DNA of 64,000 nucleotides from Eledone cirrhosa (lineage: Eukaryota), in assembly GCA_964016885.1 (NCBI GenBank), contig OZ024743.1, positions 332,072,001-332,136,000 on the forward strand, in the 5' to 3' direction. Shown here one piece after another: positions 1 through 11,459 of the stretch (position 1 is its first letter; each line of letters begins with the position of its first letter). Below the pieces are notes generated by a model, which had not been told where the DNA came from, did not search any database, and was given only the letters and a program-made list of their open reading frames with translations. A program made the translations under genes and the position numbers.

Positions 1-110
1 GAGGAAGGAACGGGGGGGGGGGGATTTTGAGAAAAAAAACGTGTATTCAGTCAGTCATTTATACATACACACACACACTACCCTTCATAATTCTCCCTCC
101 ACCTCCACCC

Positions 111-163
<53 letters not shown>

Positions 164-762
164 TCTTTTAGTGATACACTTTCAAAGAAGATGATGGGTT
201 TGAGTGTTTTTAACACCATTACCTTTTTCTAATGACAGTACATATGATGTTGAAAATAATCAAGAATTTTGAAGGATTTAGTAATTTAATGTATACATAG
301 CTAATATTGAAATGCATATAGATATACCGCTATTATTATTTAAATAAGTATGTTTATATACATAGATACATGTAAGTATATATATGTATATATATATATA
401 TGTATGTATATGTAAAAGGAAAACAAAAATAACAAATAAATGGCACAGTACATGGAAGAAATATATTAGTTTAACACTTGTAATAAGGATATATGTATAT
501 AAATATCATGAACTAAATATGTGCTTATTTATATGTGTATATGCATAAATATGAGGTCTCTCTCTCTGTCTGTCTGCTGTCTGTCTGAGGATAGTAGACG
601 TGTGTCATGTCGCTCTGTGATTTGGATTTTTACCTGCTAATTTTGTGAGTGGATTTTTTTTGAATTATTTTGTATAATTAACTGTAACCCCTAGTCTGGG
701 ACTCTAGACGTCGGGTAAATATATTTTCACCCCTTTTGGGGTGAAAAATAAATATTTGAGAA

Positions 763-2511
763 ATGTTCATCGATATCGTTGATAACGATATCGTCGAAAA
801 CGATATCGCCATATTGGAAGCGAACGCCACGCCGACCAAAAAAACAAGCGGGAAAGAGGGAACAACAGTTCAAACTGTTGAACAACCCCTCCTCTCCAAT
901 GAAAAAAAGAATTTCAATTCAAATGAAAAAATTAATTTTCAAGAAAAAAATAACACCACAAATAAGGAAACCAACAACATTACAACAACAAACAAAGACA
1001 AAATTTCTTTTGCCCAAACACTCAAGAGAGCCACGGAGTACAAAGCCATTGACATCACGAACGCCAAGGAAAATTTGCTAGAAGCTAGAAAATACGTATC
1101 TTTTGGGGAGGATGGTTCTTTTACGATCAACTCCCCAGAAGAAGTGCGTCAACAGATTTACAAGAATACCGTAAGCTTCAGAACCATAACCAACGAAACG
1201 AGAAAGCCAGCGCAATTGACCGAAAGTCAAATCGAGCTGGTTCTGAAAGAAATTAAAAATGACATACTCTTTATTCAAAGAGGAAAGCTGTATGCCAGCA
1301 TTATGGTCCGAATGAAGGACGAAATGCTGGCTCAGAAATATTCGGTGGCACCTATAGTGTCACCACAATACACCTTCTTCCCCACATATAAAGGAAGAAG
1401 AACACAAAGGATAAGAATGTGGAGCCCTACGCCAGAAATTAACATCTGGTCCGTCCTAACAGGATTTACCGACCTAGATAAGGACATACTAATTTCAGCA
1501 GGGGAGTCCACCAGTGGACTGTTCGGGGGGAAAAGTCTGGAGGTTCTCTTACAGATGACACCTGAGAGAATCTCCGGAATACCCGACCGAGTGCTACTGG
1601 ATGGGCGAACCTACATAAATATCACAGTGGAAGGCAGGAGACCCTCATGTTACCACTGCGCTGGCAGAGGTCACCTGAGGACGGCCTGCCCTCTACTAAC
1701 AACTAAAAAACCACTGCTACAAACACCACAACAACAACAAAAACAACCAGCACCACCATCACAAAAACAACAAAATACACTACCATCTCAACCAGAACAA
1801 CAAAAACCAACAACACCACCACCACAACAACAACAACATCAACAACAGCTCAAGAAAACAACCCAAAACACGGTCCCACCCAGCCCCACCCCACAGAACA
1901 CAAATACAAAAACAGTTCATACACAACCCGGAGATATACCCCTCCCCTCCAATACGGAAGAGGAGCTCATATCGTCGGAAGACGAGGGGGCTCCCTTCCA
2001 AAAAGTGAAAAGAAAAAAACGTACACACACCACAACAACAAAAATAACCCCACCTGACAACACAACACAGACAATAAAACGCAAACTCACTCAACAACAA
2101 CAAGCAAAAACAAACACAACAACACAAAAACTCTACACATACATAAACAAAAACAATGAAAACCTAACTTTAAAAATAGAAACCAACCCTTCGATACAAA
2201 CCGAAGGGCCGAATTTCGTAACGGCAATGGGGCTCCCTAACCTGAAAATGGTGAAAATCCCACTTGACATTTTCAAAACTTTAAAAGACATGTACCCTGA
2301 GGACGTGGGCCCACCCTGCACCAGGCCACTCAACCGCGTCCTCCTGAAAGGTTTTCCCCTCCCCTCCTCAAACACCCACACAACTCCAAAGATCCCAACC
2401 CCTCCACACACTAATACCCCCACACCACCACAAACCACCACCCCACCCATCAACCCCGCCACCAGCCCCATGGAAACTGAGCGACCCGAACCCCGGGACG
2501 CAGAGAGGTAA
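763..2511 (+). CDS. LINE ORF1 (gag-like nucleic-acid-binding protein), 582 aa
   Basis: CCHC zinc knuckle CYHCAGRGHLRTAC followed by a Q/P/T-rich disordered tail with a basic KVKRKKR patch. Ends 23 nt upstream of ORF2. Confidence 0.88.
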   Translation: MFIDIVDNDIVENDIAILEANATPTKKTSGKEGTTVQTVEQPLLSNEKKNFNSNEKINFQEKNNTTNKETNNITTTNKDKISFAQTLKRATEYKAIDITNAKENLLEARKYVSFGEDGSFTINSPEEVRQQIYKNTVSFRTITNETRKPAQLTESQIELVLKEIKNDILFIQRGKLYASIMVRMKDEMLAQKYSVAPIVSPQYTFFPTYKGRRTQRIRMWSPTPEINIWSVLTGFTDLDKDILISAGESTSGLFGGKSLEVLLQMTPERISGIPDRVLLDGRTYINITVEGRRPSCYHCAGRGHLRTACPLLTTKKPLLQTPQQQQKQPAPPSQKQQNTLPSQPEQQKPTTPPPQQQQHQQQLKKTTQNTVPPSPTPQNTNTKTVHTQPGDIPLPSNTEEELISSEDEGAPFQKVKRKKRTHTTTTKITPPDNTTQTIKRKLTQQQQAKTNTTTQKLYTYINKNNENLTLKIETNPSIQTEGPNFVTAMGLPNLKMVKIPLDIFKTLKDMYPEDVGPPCTRPLNRVLLKGFPLPSSNTHTTPKIPTPPHTNTPTPPQTTTPPINPATSPMETERPEPRDAER

Positions 2512-2534
2512 GTGCCTCTTTCTTTGCCACCAAC

Positions 2535-5500
2535 ATGGCTGTCTTAAGAGTAGGTTGTCTAAATGCGCGTGGCCTGGGCTCACCTTGGAAGCAAGCTAAA
2601 CTTCTAAGTGACCTCAGGTCACAATGTGTAAATGTGATGGTTATTTGCGAGGCCCGGATCAGCAGCATGCGACAGCTAACCCCCACCTTTGATGACTTTG
2701 AGATGCACGCATCTCTCTGTCAGCCTGGAGGTGGGGGTGGGGTTGTCGTTCTGCTGCAAAAACATCTGGGTCTCGCTACACAGACGGTACACTTGGACCC
2801 GGAGGGTCGACTCGTGGTTCTGGACCTTGGCAATGGCGAAGGCGAAGCTTTTAGGCTTGTCGCCGTATACGCCCCTTTTGGGGCAATGCGGTCGGACTTC
2901 TTCCATCATCTGGAGACTTTTCTAGGGACTTCCCGCTCCTTGCTTTTAGTGGGGGACTGGAATGGTATCCTAGATGCACGTTGGGACTATGTAGGGGCAT
3001 GTCCCGATAGAGGGGGGTGTAACAGCCTTAAGGGGTTAATCGGCCGATTCGACCTGGCCGATAGATACCGACTAGATTTTCCGACTGTACCAACCTGGAC
3101 CTGGTCAAATAACAGTGGTCAATCTAGATCGTACCTAGATAGGTTCTTAGTTAGAATTAAGGATAGGGACTTTTTAAGTTGTCCAGAAATGCTCATGGTG
3201 GGCTATTCAGACCACAAGTTAGTGACCTGCGTAGTCCACCTTGATAGAACGCATAGGCAGGGGCCCGGTTACTGGAAGCTCAACTTGTCCTTACCGGCAA
3301 GTAGAGCTTACAGGGACCGGATTAGAACCTTAGTTAAGGAGCAGTTGACGGGCGCCATCGTCAACAACAGGTGGTGGGGATCTCTAAAAAGAGAGATTAG
3401 AGTAGTTTCAATAGGAGTTAGTAAGGAGTTAGCCTCAGATAGAAATAGGAAGGAAAGGGAGTTGGTAGTTAATGTTGAAGAGGCAATGAGAAGCGGCAAC
3501 GTGGCCAGAGTGCAAGCGTCGAGAACGGTCTTGAACCAGTTCTTCGATGCGAAACACGAAGGCTGCGTTGTCCGAAGCAAAATACGTGCTCTGGGAAACG
3601 AGGGGACCAAAGCTGTTAGCTGGGCCCGCGTGACAGAAGCGAAAAGTGGGATTAAATCCACTATCCGGTCTTTGCGAGACCAGGATGGACGGCTGATCCT
3701 TGAACCTAAGCAAATGTGCGAGGCCTTTCAAAGGCACTTTGCCCAATTGTTCGGGAGGGGCGGGGAGCCGGTTGGAGATGTGGATTTCGGTCCATACCTC
3801 GACGGCCTGCCGCGTCTTTCGGACAGGGAGGCGAGGTCCTGCGACGGGCCGATCTCAGCTGCTGAAATAGGGGACGTGCTGAGCCTATGCGGCAAACGCA
3901 AATCTCCAGGACTCGATGGTCTGCCCTACGAACTATATATTAATATGCCGGACTTGTTCCCCAATCTCCTCGAGGCGGTCTACTGCAACTGGCAACAGAA
4001 CGGGAGAATTCCCTGTTCTGTGACCAAGGGCGTAGTCTCGCTAGTGAGGAAGGACGAGAACAAGGGGGATGACATTAGTAATTTTAGGCCCATAACTCTG
4101 CTAAATGCAGAGTTAAAGATTTTGGCGAAGGTGTTAGCGAAGAGGTTGGCGCTTGTCGTGGGGAGCCTGGTGGGAGATGCGCAGACATGCGCTATCCCGT
4201 CCAGGTCCATCCACGACAACCTCCACCTCATGCGATACATCACAGAGAGGGTTGGGAACGAACCCGGCTTTGGTGGGGCCCTGATAAATTTAGATCAGTC
4301 TAAAGCGTTCGATAGGGTGAACCATGGTTACCTGGATGCGGTGCTAGCGGCGGCTGGGTTCGGACCCGTTTTCAGGGGCTGGATCACTGCCATGCACAGC
4401 AGCCGCATCTGCTCTAGAATCAAGGTGAACGGCTACCTTTCGGAGCCGTTCGAAATCACCCGCTCCATCCGACAGGGGTGCCCTCTCTCCTCCCTTCTGT
4501 ATGTATTGACTCTCGAGCTATTACTGCGGAAGTTGGAGTTGTTGCAGGGCATCCCTTTGGAACCGGGATTGCGCAAAGCGGTGTCGGCCTACGCCGATGA
4601 CGTAACAGTAATGGTGTCGACCGCCTCGGAAATCGAGGCAATCGGCACATTACTAGAGGAGTACGAAAGGTTGACAGGGGCTAAGCTGAACCGGGACAAG
4701 TCAGTCGCTTTGCAACTCGGCGAGTGGAGGGGCAAAGCGATGTCGTGCGACGGTATCGTCGGACGGTGGACGGAGGGCCCGGTGAAGTTGCTTGGGGTCT
4801 GGTTCGGACCGGACCTCCAGGTGGAGAAAAACTGGGGTGAGGTGACGAATAGGGTGTTTGCACTGACCCAGAAGTGGGCCGAGTGCAAACTATCCCTAAA
4901 AGGTCGGGCGGAGGTGGCGAACGCTTACATAGCGTCCGTCATCTATTACCGCTTGACTGTCGTGCCTTGCCCGGGTGAGATCCTCGCCAAAATGGAGCGC
5001 GCCCTCTTTTATTTCCTTTGGAAGAAGAGGTCTCCTCTAGTGAGGAGATCCATCTGCTGTCAACACCCTTTGAAAGGAGGGCTGGGGATGCCGTGGCTAA
5101 AAATGCGTAAACACGCATTGAGGCTAAGGCACCTCCACGTATTCCTCACCGGTCAACCGGTGTGGGCCCCGTTTGTGAGGCGAGCCTTCCCGAGGCTCGT
5201 CTCGCTCACCGAGCTGCAGTCCTGGGTGAAGCAAAGACCGAGAAAACTGGGCGACTGGCACACCGAGTGTGCCCAGGCGCTCACGGCTCTCTGGCAGGCG
5301 GACCCGGCTATCGACGGAGACTCCACCTCGTCATTCTATAGAGGGCTGGTGGTTAGCGGGTGCGACGACGCCCTCGGAGAAGCCCTAGGCATGGAGGAGG
5401 ACGAACTGGCCAGTCTATTCGGTAGGACTTTCGGCCCGGGACCTATGGACAACTTCCAGAAGTCCTTGGCCTGGCAGTGCTACCGAGGGGCTCTGCCCGT

Positions 5501-5972
5501 TCGGGATAAGCTCTACAGACACGGGCGCCCGGGTAGGGACCCCTCGAAAAAGATCTGTCCCAGATGCGTGCGCGACGAGGAAACCGTCGCGCACGCATTG
5601 GTGCACTGCCCGGGCGTTGCCGATCTGTGGGGCTATGTTGAACAACTGCTGTCACGGGTGGGACCAATTAGGTTGACCACCGAGTCCATTGTAACGATCA
5701 AGCCGCCTCCCCGCTTCAAAAATGAAGGAGAGGCGGTCTTCCTCTGTGTAATAGCCATGGTAAAAGAGGCTATATGGTGGACGCGTCTGAAAGGGCTGAG
5801 GTCGGACACCTTTCTCTCCGGCCAACAACTGGTCCTTTTCTTCCGATACCATTTCGGAAGAAGGATCAGGATGGAGAGAGAGGTGCTCCACTCCAGCCAG
5901 TTTTATGAAAGGTGGGTGAAAGTTGCGAGAATGGCCCGTGTGAATGGGCCTTCTCTCTACCTCAGCCTGTAG
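2535..5972 (+). CDS. LINE ORF2: APE endonuclease + reverse transcriptase + C-terminal CCHC zinc finger (Tx1/L1-like), 1145 aa
   Basis: APE motifs LNARGL, VYAP, GDWN, YLDR, SDH. RT motifs SPGLDGLP, FRPITLLN, LDQSKAFDRV, RQGCPLS, YADD. C-terminal CPRC..ETVAHALVHC. No stops or frameshifts. Confidence 0.96.
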   Translation: MAVLRVGCLNARGLGSPWKQAKLLSDLRSQCVNVMVICEARISSMRQLTPTFDDFEMHASLCQPGGGGGVVVLLQKHLGLATQTVHLDPEGRLVVLDLGNGEGEAFRLVAVYAPFGAMRSDFFHHLETFLGTSRSLLLVGDWNGILDARWDYVGACPDRGGCNSLKGLIGRFDLADRYRLDFPTVPTWTWSNNSGQSRSYLDRFLVRIKDRDFLSCPEMLMVGYSDHKLVTCVVHLDRTHRQGPGYWKLNLSLPASRAYRDRIRTLVKEQLTGAIVNNRWWGSLKREIRVVSIGVSKELASDRNRKERELVVNVEEAMRSGNVARVQASRTVLNQFFDAKHEGCVVRSKIRALGNEGTKAVSWARVTEAKSGIKSTIRSLRDQDGRLILEPKQMCEAFQRHFAQLFGRGGEPVGDVDFGPYLDGLPRLSDREARSCDGPISAAEIGDVLSLCGKRKSPGLDGLPYELYINMPDLFPNLLEAVYCNWQQNGRIPCSVTKGVVSLVRKDENKGDDISNFRPITLLNAELKILAKVLAKRLALVVGSLVGDAQTCAIPSRSIHDNLHLMRYITERVGNEPGFGGALINLDQSKAFDRVNHGYLDAVLAAAGFGPVFRGWITAMHSSRICSRIKVNGYLSEPFEITRSIRQGCPLSSLLYVLTLELLLRKLELLQGIPLEPGLRKAVSAYADDVTVMVSTASEIEAIGTLLEEYERLTGAKLNRDKSVALQLGEWRGKAMSCDGIVGRWTEGPVKLLGVWFGPDLQVEKNWGEVTNRVFALTQKWAECKLSLKGRAEVANAYIASVIYYRLTVVPCPGEILAKMERALFYFLWKKRSPLVRRSICCQHPLKGGLGMPWLKMRKHALRLRHLHVFLTGQPVWAPFVRRAFPRLVSLTELQSWVKQRPRKLGDWHTECAQALTALWQADPAIDGDSTSSFYRGLVVSGCDDALGEALGMEEDELASLFGRTFGPGPMDNFQKSLAWQCYRGALPVRDKLYRHGRPGRDPSKKICPRCVRDEETVAHALVHCPGVADLWGYVEQLLSRVGPIRLTTESIVTIKPPPRFKNEGEAVFLCVIAMVKEAIWWTRLKGLRSDTFLSGQQLVLFFRYHFGRRIRMEREVLHSSQFYERWVKVARMARVNGPSLYLSL

Positions 5973-6215
5973 GTGGAACAGAAAGGAGGGAGCACCCTCT
6001 CTTTGTGCTCCCGTGGAGAAGGGTCGCACACTTTTTTCGGGGGTGTGTGTGACCCCAAAACGATCCCTCCCTATTGAGGATCTTCTTGTTATTATTTTGT
6101 TTGTTATATTTTTCTTACTCGATTTTTATGTAAACTCCCCCCACCCATGTACATGTCCCTTTCTTTTGTGCCCTAGTGGCAAATAAACAGAAGTCTGTCT
6201 GTCTGTCTGTCTGTC

Positions 6216-6248
<33 letters not shown>

Positions 6249-6267
6249 TGGTGTGTGTGTGTGTGTG

Positions 6268-6430
6268 TGATGAATTAGTTTTGCAAGGTTTTTTATATGA
6301 AATCGTGTGTGGAAATAAATATTGTTATACCTGTTATACGAAAAGCGAAAGCCAACCAAACAGTGAGTGTGTTCTGTTATTAATTCTGGCAATATTACAC
6401 AAATATGACCCTCCCCAAGTATAACAATAT
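6268..6430. mobile_element. Short dispersed repeat (family also at 27048-27541 and 51431-51552), here with an internal inversion
   Basis: 6268-6330 matches the 5' part of the family in one orientation. 6343-6428 matches the next part in the opposite orientation. The motif ATTGTTATAC/GTATAACAAT is duplicated at the switch. Confidence 0.75.
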
Positions 6431-6794
6431 ATATATATATTCCAGTAAAAATGTTTGTGCTGCTATGACTACCAATTTCCATATAGTTTCCTGTAAAAAC
6501 ACTTTCATTACCAGAAATCACACAGTGAAAATAACCCCAAGCTTAAATTCCTGTTTTTAAAACATCAAGAAAACTAGTGACTTTCAACAGATGGGAAAAT
6601 TCTCTGCAATTTCAAAAACTTGTTTAATTTTCTTCAAGTATATTTTTGTAGTTAAATATTTCAGAAATATATTTTTAATAATTAGCCTGAATAAGCACAT
6701 AGTTATACAGACACATACATACATGTGCACAATTTGAATATATGAATTCTATATACTTTCTACATACATATTTACAGATACAGATTTTGAAATG

Positions 6795-6832
6795 TTTATA
6801 TATATATATGCTGGTGTGTACACAAATTTATT

Positions 6833-6863
<31 letters not shown>

Positions 6864-7020
6864 GTACACACATACACACACATATATACATACATATATA
6901 TATACACACACACACACACATACATATATATACATACATATATATACACACACACACACATATATATATTATATATATATATATATATACATACACACAT
7001 ACATATACATATATATATAA
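6795..7020. repeat. Compound (TA)n/(CA)n microsatellite
   Basis: Directly visible dinucleotide mosaic. Confidence 0.9.
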
Positions 7021-7154
7021 TAAGGGAAGAAGAAGCTTTTATTTTTTCAACTCCATTTTATTTCCTATTATGCTGCATTTCAGAGGCGATAAATAGCTTA
7101 ATAGCTTCTGGTTCATCACGTCACTCATCAAATAGGTGATTTTATATATATACA

Positions 7155-7987
7155 CTAGCTGATGTACCCAGCTTCGCCCAGGTAATCAGATGATAAGAAA
7201 AGACAGGTAGAAGAGAAAATGACTGTATTGGATGTTTGTCTGGTTTACAGTAGGAGGCGAGACTGTGGTGTCTTATAAAAAAAATAAACAGTAAAAACAA
7301 ATCTTTCAGATACACCAGATTCTTCGTTTTACCATTCGTGCATAGTATATGAAGATTTCTAGGTGTTTCCACTCAGGAACAACCTACATATAACTGTCCA
7401 TGGGTAAAAAGTGATTCTCTTGTATTCAATTCTACAACTTTGAAACTCTGAGCCTGAGCTTTATATACAGTCATAGCAACACTGGCTCTAACAGGGAACT
7501 GAAGTCTTGAGAATTTGATTGGCAGCTTGGTAGAGGAAGGGAGAAGAGGAATCTTGGGAATAAATGCATTTTCTCCTGAATGATTTCCTCCAAGAATAGC
7601 AACCTCTAGGAGATGGTTCATCATTATCCTGGCTTGTAAAGTGTGTGCCATTGCATAGAAGTAGCAGGTCGGGTCCACATTTCTCAAAAGGATGATGGAA
7701 GTTCTAATATTTTATATTATATGTAGATATAGGTAATTGTATATAAATGCGTTGTGTGTGTGCATGTATGTGTATGCATAAACCAGCATCTGAATTGTGT
7801 GTTTCATTCTGTGTGTATCTGATTAAGTATTTACGTGAAGATGTGTATGTGTGTAACTTGCTAAGGTGTAACGTATTATGTTGTTACTCCTGGAGTCTTG
7901 TAAAATTTGATTTGGTTGAGCCGTTTGGAAATGCATACGGAAAAGACAGACAGACAGAAGGACAAAGAATTATATATATATATATAT
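7155..7987 (-). mobile_element. Internally deleted Helitron
   Basis: On the minus strand the 3' end reads ACCTGGGCGAAGCTGGGT (hairpin) then CAGCTAG|T, the canonical Helitron CTAG terminus. A helicase remnant lies inside. The 5' region has a (TCTG)n tract and an AAACGGCTCAACC motif typical of non-autonomous Helitrons. The 5' boundary is approximate. Confidence 0.8.
7300..7700 (-). pseudogene. C-terminal fragment of Helitron RepHel PIF1-like helicase
   Basis: Translation FIPKIPL..LQFPVRASVAMTVYKAQAQS..LFTHGQLYVGCS*V..TKNLVY matches the PIF1 motifs QFPVRLAFAMTINKSQGQ and FSHGQLYVACSRV. Contains an in-frame stop. Confidence 0.85.
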
Positions 7988-8120
7988 GGTGTAGAAAACC
8001 TGCCAGACAGTCCTATACAAGCGAGACACTGTCACCCGATCAATCTTGCCTCAAGTGGTACAATTCCTGTCTAACCCATGCTAGCATGGAAGATAGACGT
8101 TAAACGATGATGATGACGAT
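7988..8120 (+). mobile_element. Short 3'-terminal RTE (or RTE-tailed SINE) fragment
   Basis: GTAGAAAACCTGCCAGACAGTCCTAT...AACCCATGCTAGCATGGAAGATAGACGTTAAAC(GAT)n matches the RTE 3' ends at 18267-18397 and 47685-47822. Flanked by (TA)n. Confidence 0.8.
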
Positions 8121-8130
8121 ATATATATAT

Positions 8131-8207
8131 ATATATTTCTGTGACATTAATAATTACATTATGTGTGATGGCACCATTACGTAATTATTAATCTCACAGA
8201 AATATAT
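8131..8207. repeat. Small imperfect inverted repeat between (TA)n tracts
   Basis: ATATTTCTGTGACATTAATAATTAC ... GTAATTATTAATCTCACAGAAATAT. Confidence 0.7.
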
Positions 8208-9029
8208 ATTATAGCAGATTATGAATAAAATGAATTATGAATAACTCCATCTGGCCTTCACAAATATCATTATTCTATGTATACTCTGTCATGGACTATC
8301 AAATATTGCATTTGGAAGAATACACATGACACTGAGTGCTTGAGTCTAATTGCATCATTATTTACTGATTGGAGTGTTGCATACACAACCCTAGTTAGTC
8401 AACATCTTATAACACAATATAGCAATCCCAAATGAAAATATTAATTTTAACAAGAGTCGATTGCTATAAATACTAGCTTAGAAAAGTTGGTAAAATACCC
8501 TAGTTATGGGGGAGGGGGAGTAGCCAGCATCTGCTGCAGATAAACTCTGTATCCTTTGAACTCCAGCCAAGTGCTCCAACTATTGAGATAAGGAGACACA
8601 AACCACAGATTTCATCACACCTAGGCAATTGTACTGAGTAGAATAGGTTTGGGTGTTAGCAAGCTTTTTATTAATTATTGAGGCACCGAGTGATTTAAAA
8701 TTTTTCAAAGTGTAGGAATCCCAAACACAGAAATTAACTAACAAAATATTGAGGTGCTGGCCGATTTAAAATAGGTAATGGGACCACCCAGATCCCAAAA
8801 TACAGTAACAGTCCCAGTATGTGTAAGGTATGGTGTGGCCATCTGGCCAGACTTTGCTCATATCAGGACCACCCAATAACACGGCTTCTTTATGAGTAAG
8901 CCTTGGCATGGCCAACTGGCTAATTGTGGGATCACCCTACACCCAAACTATAGTTCCGCTGTGAGCAAGGTACGGCACAACCAACCGGGCTGTCCCTCCT
9001 TATAATGGTGCCATCCAGTTCCCCACTAT

Positions 9030-9195
9030 AAATGTGGTTGGTGATAGGAAAGGCATCCAGCTGTAAAAATCTCAGCCAAATTTACAGTTCCGTTTGTACA
9101 GTGCAGTCAACTGGCCGAACTTGTCTCATGATGTGGACAACCCATCTAACCCCTGCAAGTATGGATAGTGGACATTAAACAGTGATGATGATGAT
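9030..9195 (+). mobile_element. Old RTE-type 3' end / SINE tail
   Basis: TGTGGTTGGTGATAGGAAAGGCATCCAGCTGTAAAA...CTAACCCCTGCAAGTATGG..GGACATTAAACAG(TGA)n resembles the RTE 3'UTR. Confidence 0.6.
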
Positions 9196-9329
9196 CTCTG
9201 CATGTCGTAAAGAGTGACTAAAAGAGTTGATATCAGCAATGACATCTGGCAATAAAACATTGTCTTAAAAAGTCCTGTCCAGCACATGCCAGCATGAAGA
9301 TATATCGGTTCAATCAGAAGAAATGAGAT

Positions 9330-9610
9330 GACACATACACGTATATCTATCTATCTATATATAGAGAGATATATACATATACACACGCACATATATATAA
9401 ATATACATACACATATATAAATATACCCACAACATATATAAATATACCCACAACATACATATACATACATATATATACATATTTATATACACACACATAT
9501 ACACACATATATACATACACATACACATATACATACAGATACATATATACATACACACATATACATACATATAAACACACATACATACATGCACGCACAC
9601 CCACATACAT
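9330..9610. repeat. Compound (TA)n/(CA)n microsatellite
   Basis: Visible mosaic. Confidence 0.85.
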
Positions 9611-9904
9611 AATTCTATAGTTTTACACTGCTCTATCAAGATCTTTACTAAACACATTACTCCTAGGATATATCTTCAATTCAATTATAAATTCTAATCG
9701 CAGCACTAAGTTAAAATTGTCATTTAAATGTTGTTTGATTCCATCAGTAATATCATTTGCTCAAACTGATCAGAAACTCACTGACACAGCATGACATCTA
9801 CAGATACAGTGGGAGTTTTGGGGTTTTTTTCCTCGTTCTTTCTGCAATTTTTCCTGAAGAATTATCAATCTGATTTAGCTATTAACTTTTTAACAATTTG
9901 TACG

Positions 9905-10290
9905 AGATGAAACCACATTAGCAAGACATTCTTCAAAACTATAAAATATTACTGCAACTGTATCACATTAAACATTAAAGTCTTTACTCTTATACTGCAA
10001 CAATTTTTCCAAATATATGTCCACTATAAACATTTCAATTAACAAACCACATGAAACCACATTAGCTAGGTATTCTTGAAAAGTACAAAACTACATTATG
10101 ACTGCATCATATTTGAAATTGAAGCTTTTATTCTAATGCTGCAAATTTTCACAATCATCTGTCCACTAATAAAGATACTATAACCATTTGAATTAAACCA
10201 CATAAAATCACATTAACAAGACATTCTTGAAAGACATAGAAAAATTTTTTTTTTTAATCACTATCACTGCATCATATTAGAAATTAAATA
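9905..10290. repeat. Degenerate ~145-150 bp tandem repeat, ~2.5 copies
   Basis: AAACCACATTAGC..ATTCTT.AAA recurs at ~9910, ~10054 and ~10205. TGTCCACTA recurs at ~10018 and ~10160. Confidence 0.65.
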
Positions 10291-11459
10291 AAATTTAAAT
10301 TTCTATGTGAGGTCATTTTGTATGAAATGAGAAGATTAGTTTGCTTGATGTTAGCACTAGAATTAGATAATAAAATATTTTCAAACAGCATATTGTTTGA
10401 TGTGATAAGATATCGAAAGAAGGCAATACATAGGCCTGTCATCATACTTTATTTGGAGAGTTGGGGCAGAATATTCAGGACAAGCACTCTTCAAGCAATA
10501 TATTTCAGGATACTTTTTATAAACTATTTTCTAAATGTGAGGGTGCAACATTGTAAAGTAGAGGGCAGTTCCATGCTGTGCCCACCTGTCACCCAGGCAA
10601 CAAGCCTGGCACTGAAATATTTTAAATACCATTCTTTCTTTGAGCTGTGTGCCTGTACATATGTACATGCTTTTCAGCCAGCATGCATTGACATACAGCG
10701 TTTCTAGAGCATCTTTTTTAAACCTGGCAGAGCCCATCTCCTCCCAGGTCTCAATACAGCAGATTTCTTCTAGAGAAAGATAGAAAGTGAGAAAGGGATA
10801 TAGAGGAAGAATCTACTTCGGTATTAGATTGGTACTTTTTTTTTTAATAGACCTCGAATGGATGAAACGCAAAGTTGACTTTGGCTGGATTTGAAAGAGA
10901 GAGAGCAGAGAGCCAAGAACAAATACCACAAAGCATTTGATTTGGTGTTCTAACGACTCTGGTCTGAGACCACATCTTTCCCATAGTGATCGATATTTTG
11001 GCTTGGTTTCTACAGCTGGATGCCCCCACATCACAGTATGTAAAATCCCATATCAAATAATACAGCAGCTAGTAATGTTCTTGAGCAACAATGTTCCAAC
11101 ATACCCCAACCCTTAACATACAAAACAAAACAAAAACTGCCAGGAAACAATTGTTTTTATGGAAACCATTCTTGAAATTACCACATACTTTACAATATAC
11201 ACACCTACCCCACCCAGACCCACCCCCAGAAACCAGGATAACCTACAGCCTGATGAATCCCTAGACTTGGGAACAGACTTTAACTTAACTTAATTCTGCA
11301 AATTACCACAGTCTTTACAATACACCAAACAGACAAAAGACCACAAAGAAACTATTCAAATTCCACAAAGACCACACAATATCCGTTGGTCTATGGCCAA
11401 AAATCCTTAGTATAAACTCCTGTGACCCTGAAATATCAATAATATGGACTATGGGGGAG

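Larger units (their letters stand above)
588..6192 (+). mobile_element. Full-length Tx1/L1-clade non-LTR retrotransposon inserted in a (TCTG)n microsatellite
   Basis: 5'UTR starts after (TC)n(TCTG)n at ~588. Two uninterrupted ORFs follow, then a ~220 bp 3'UTR with AATAAA at 6182-6187, then (GTCT)n(TG)n. The GTCTGTCTG motif is present on both flanks. Confidence 0.93.

Noticed and set aside
2676-6029. Antisense and alternative-frame ORFs inside the LINEs (also within the RTE copies)
   Set aside because: Shadow ORFs of coding sequence with no recognisable motifs.
10318-10707. 129-aa ORF as a host exon
   Set aside because: No recognisable domain. The opposite strand faintly resembles a decayed LINE RT segment, too weak to call.
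11250-11280. CTGATGA followed by a short stem
   Set aside because: No GAAA box or stem III follows.
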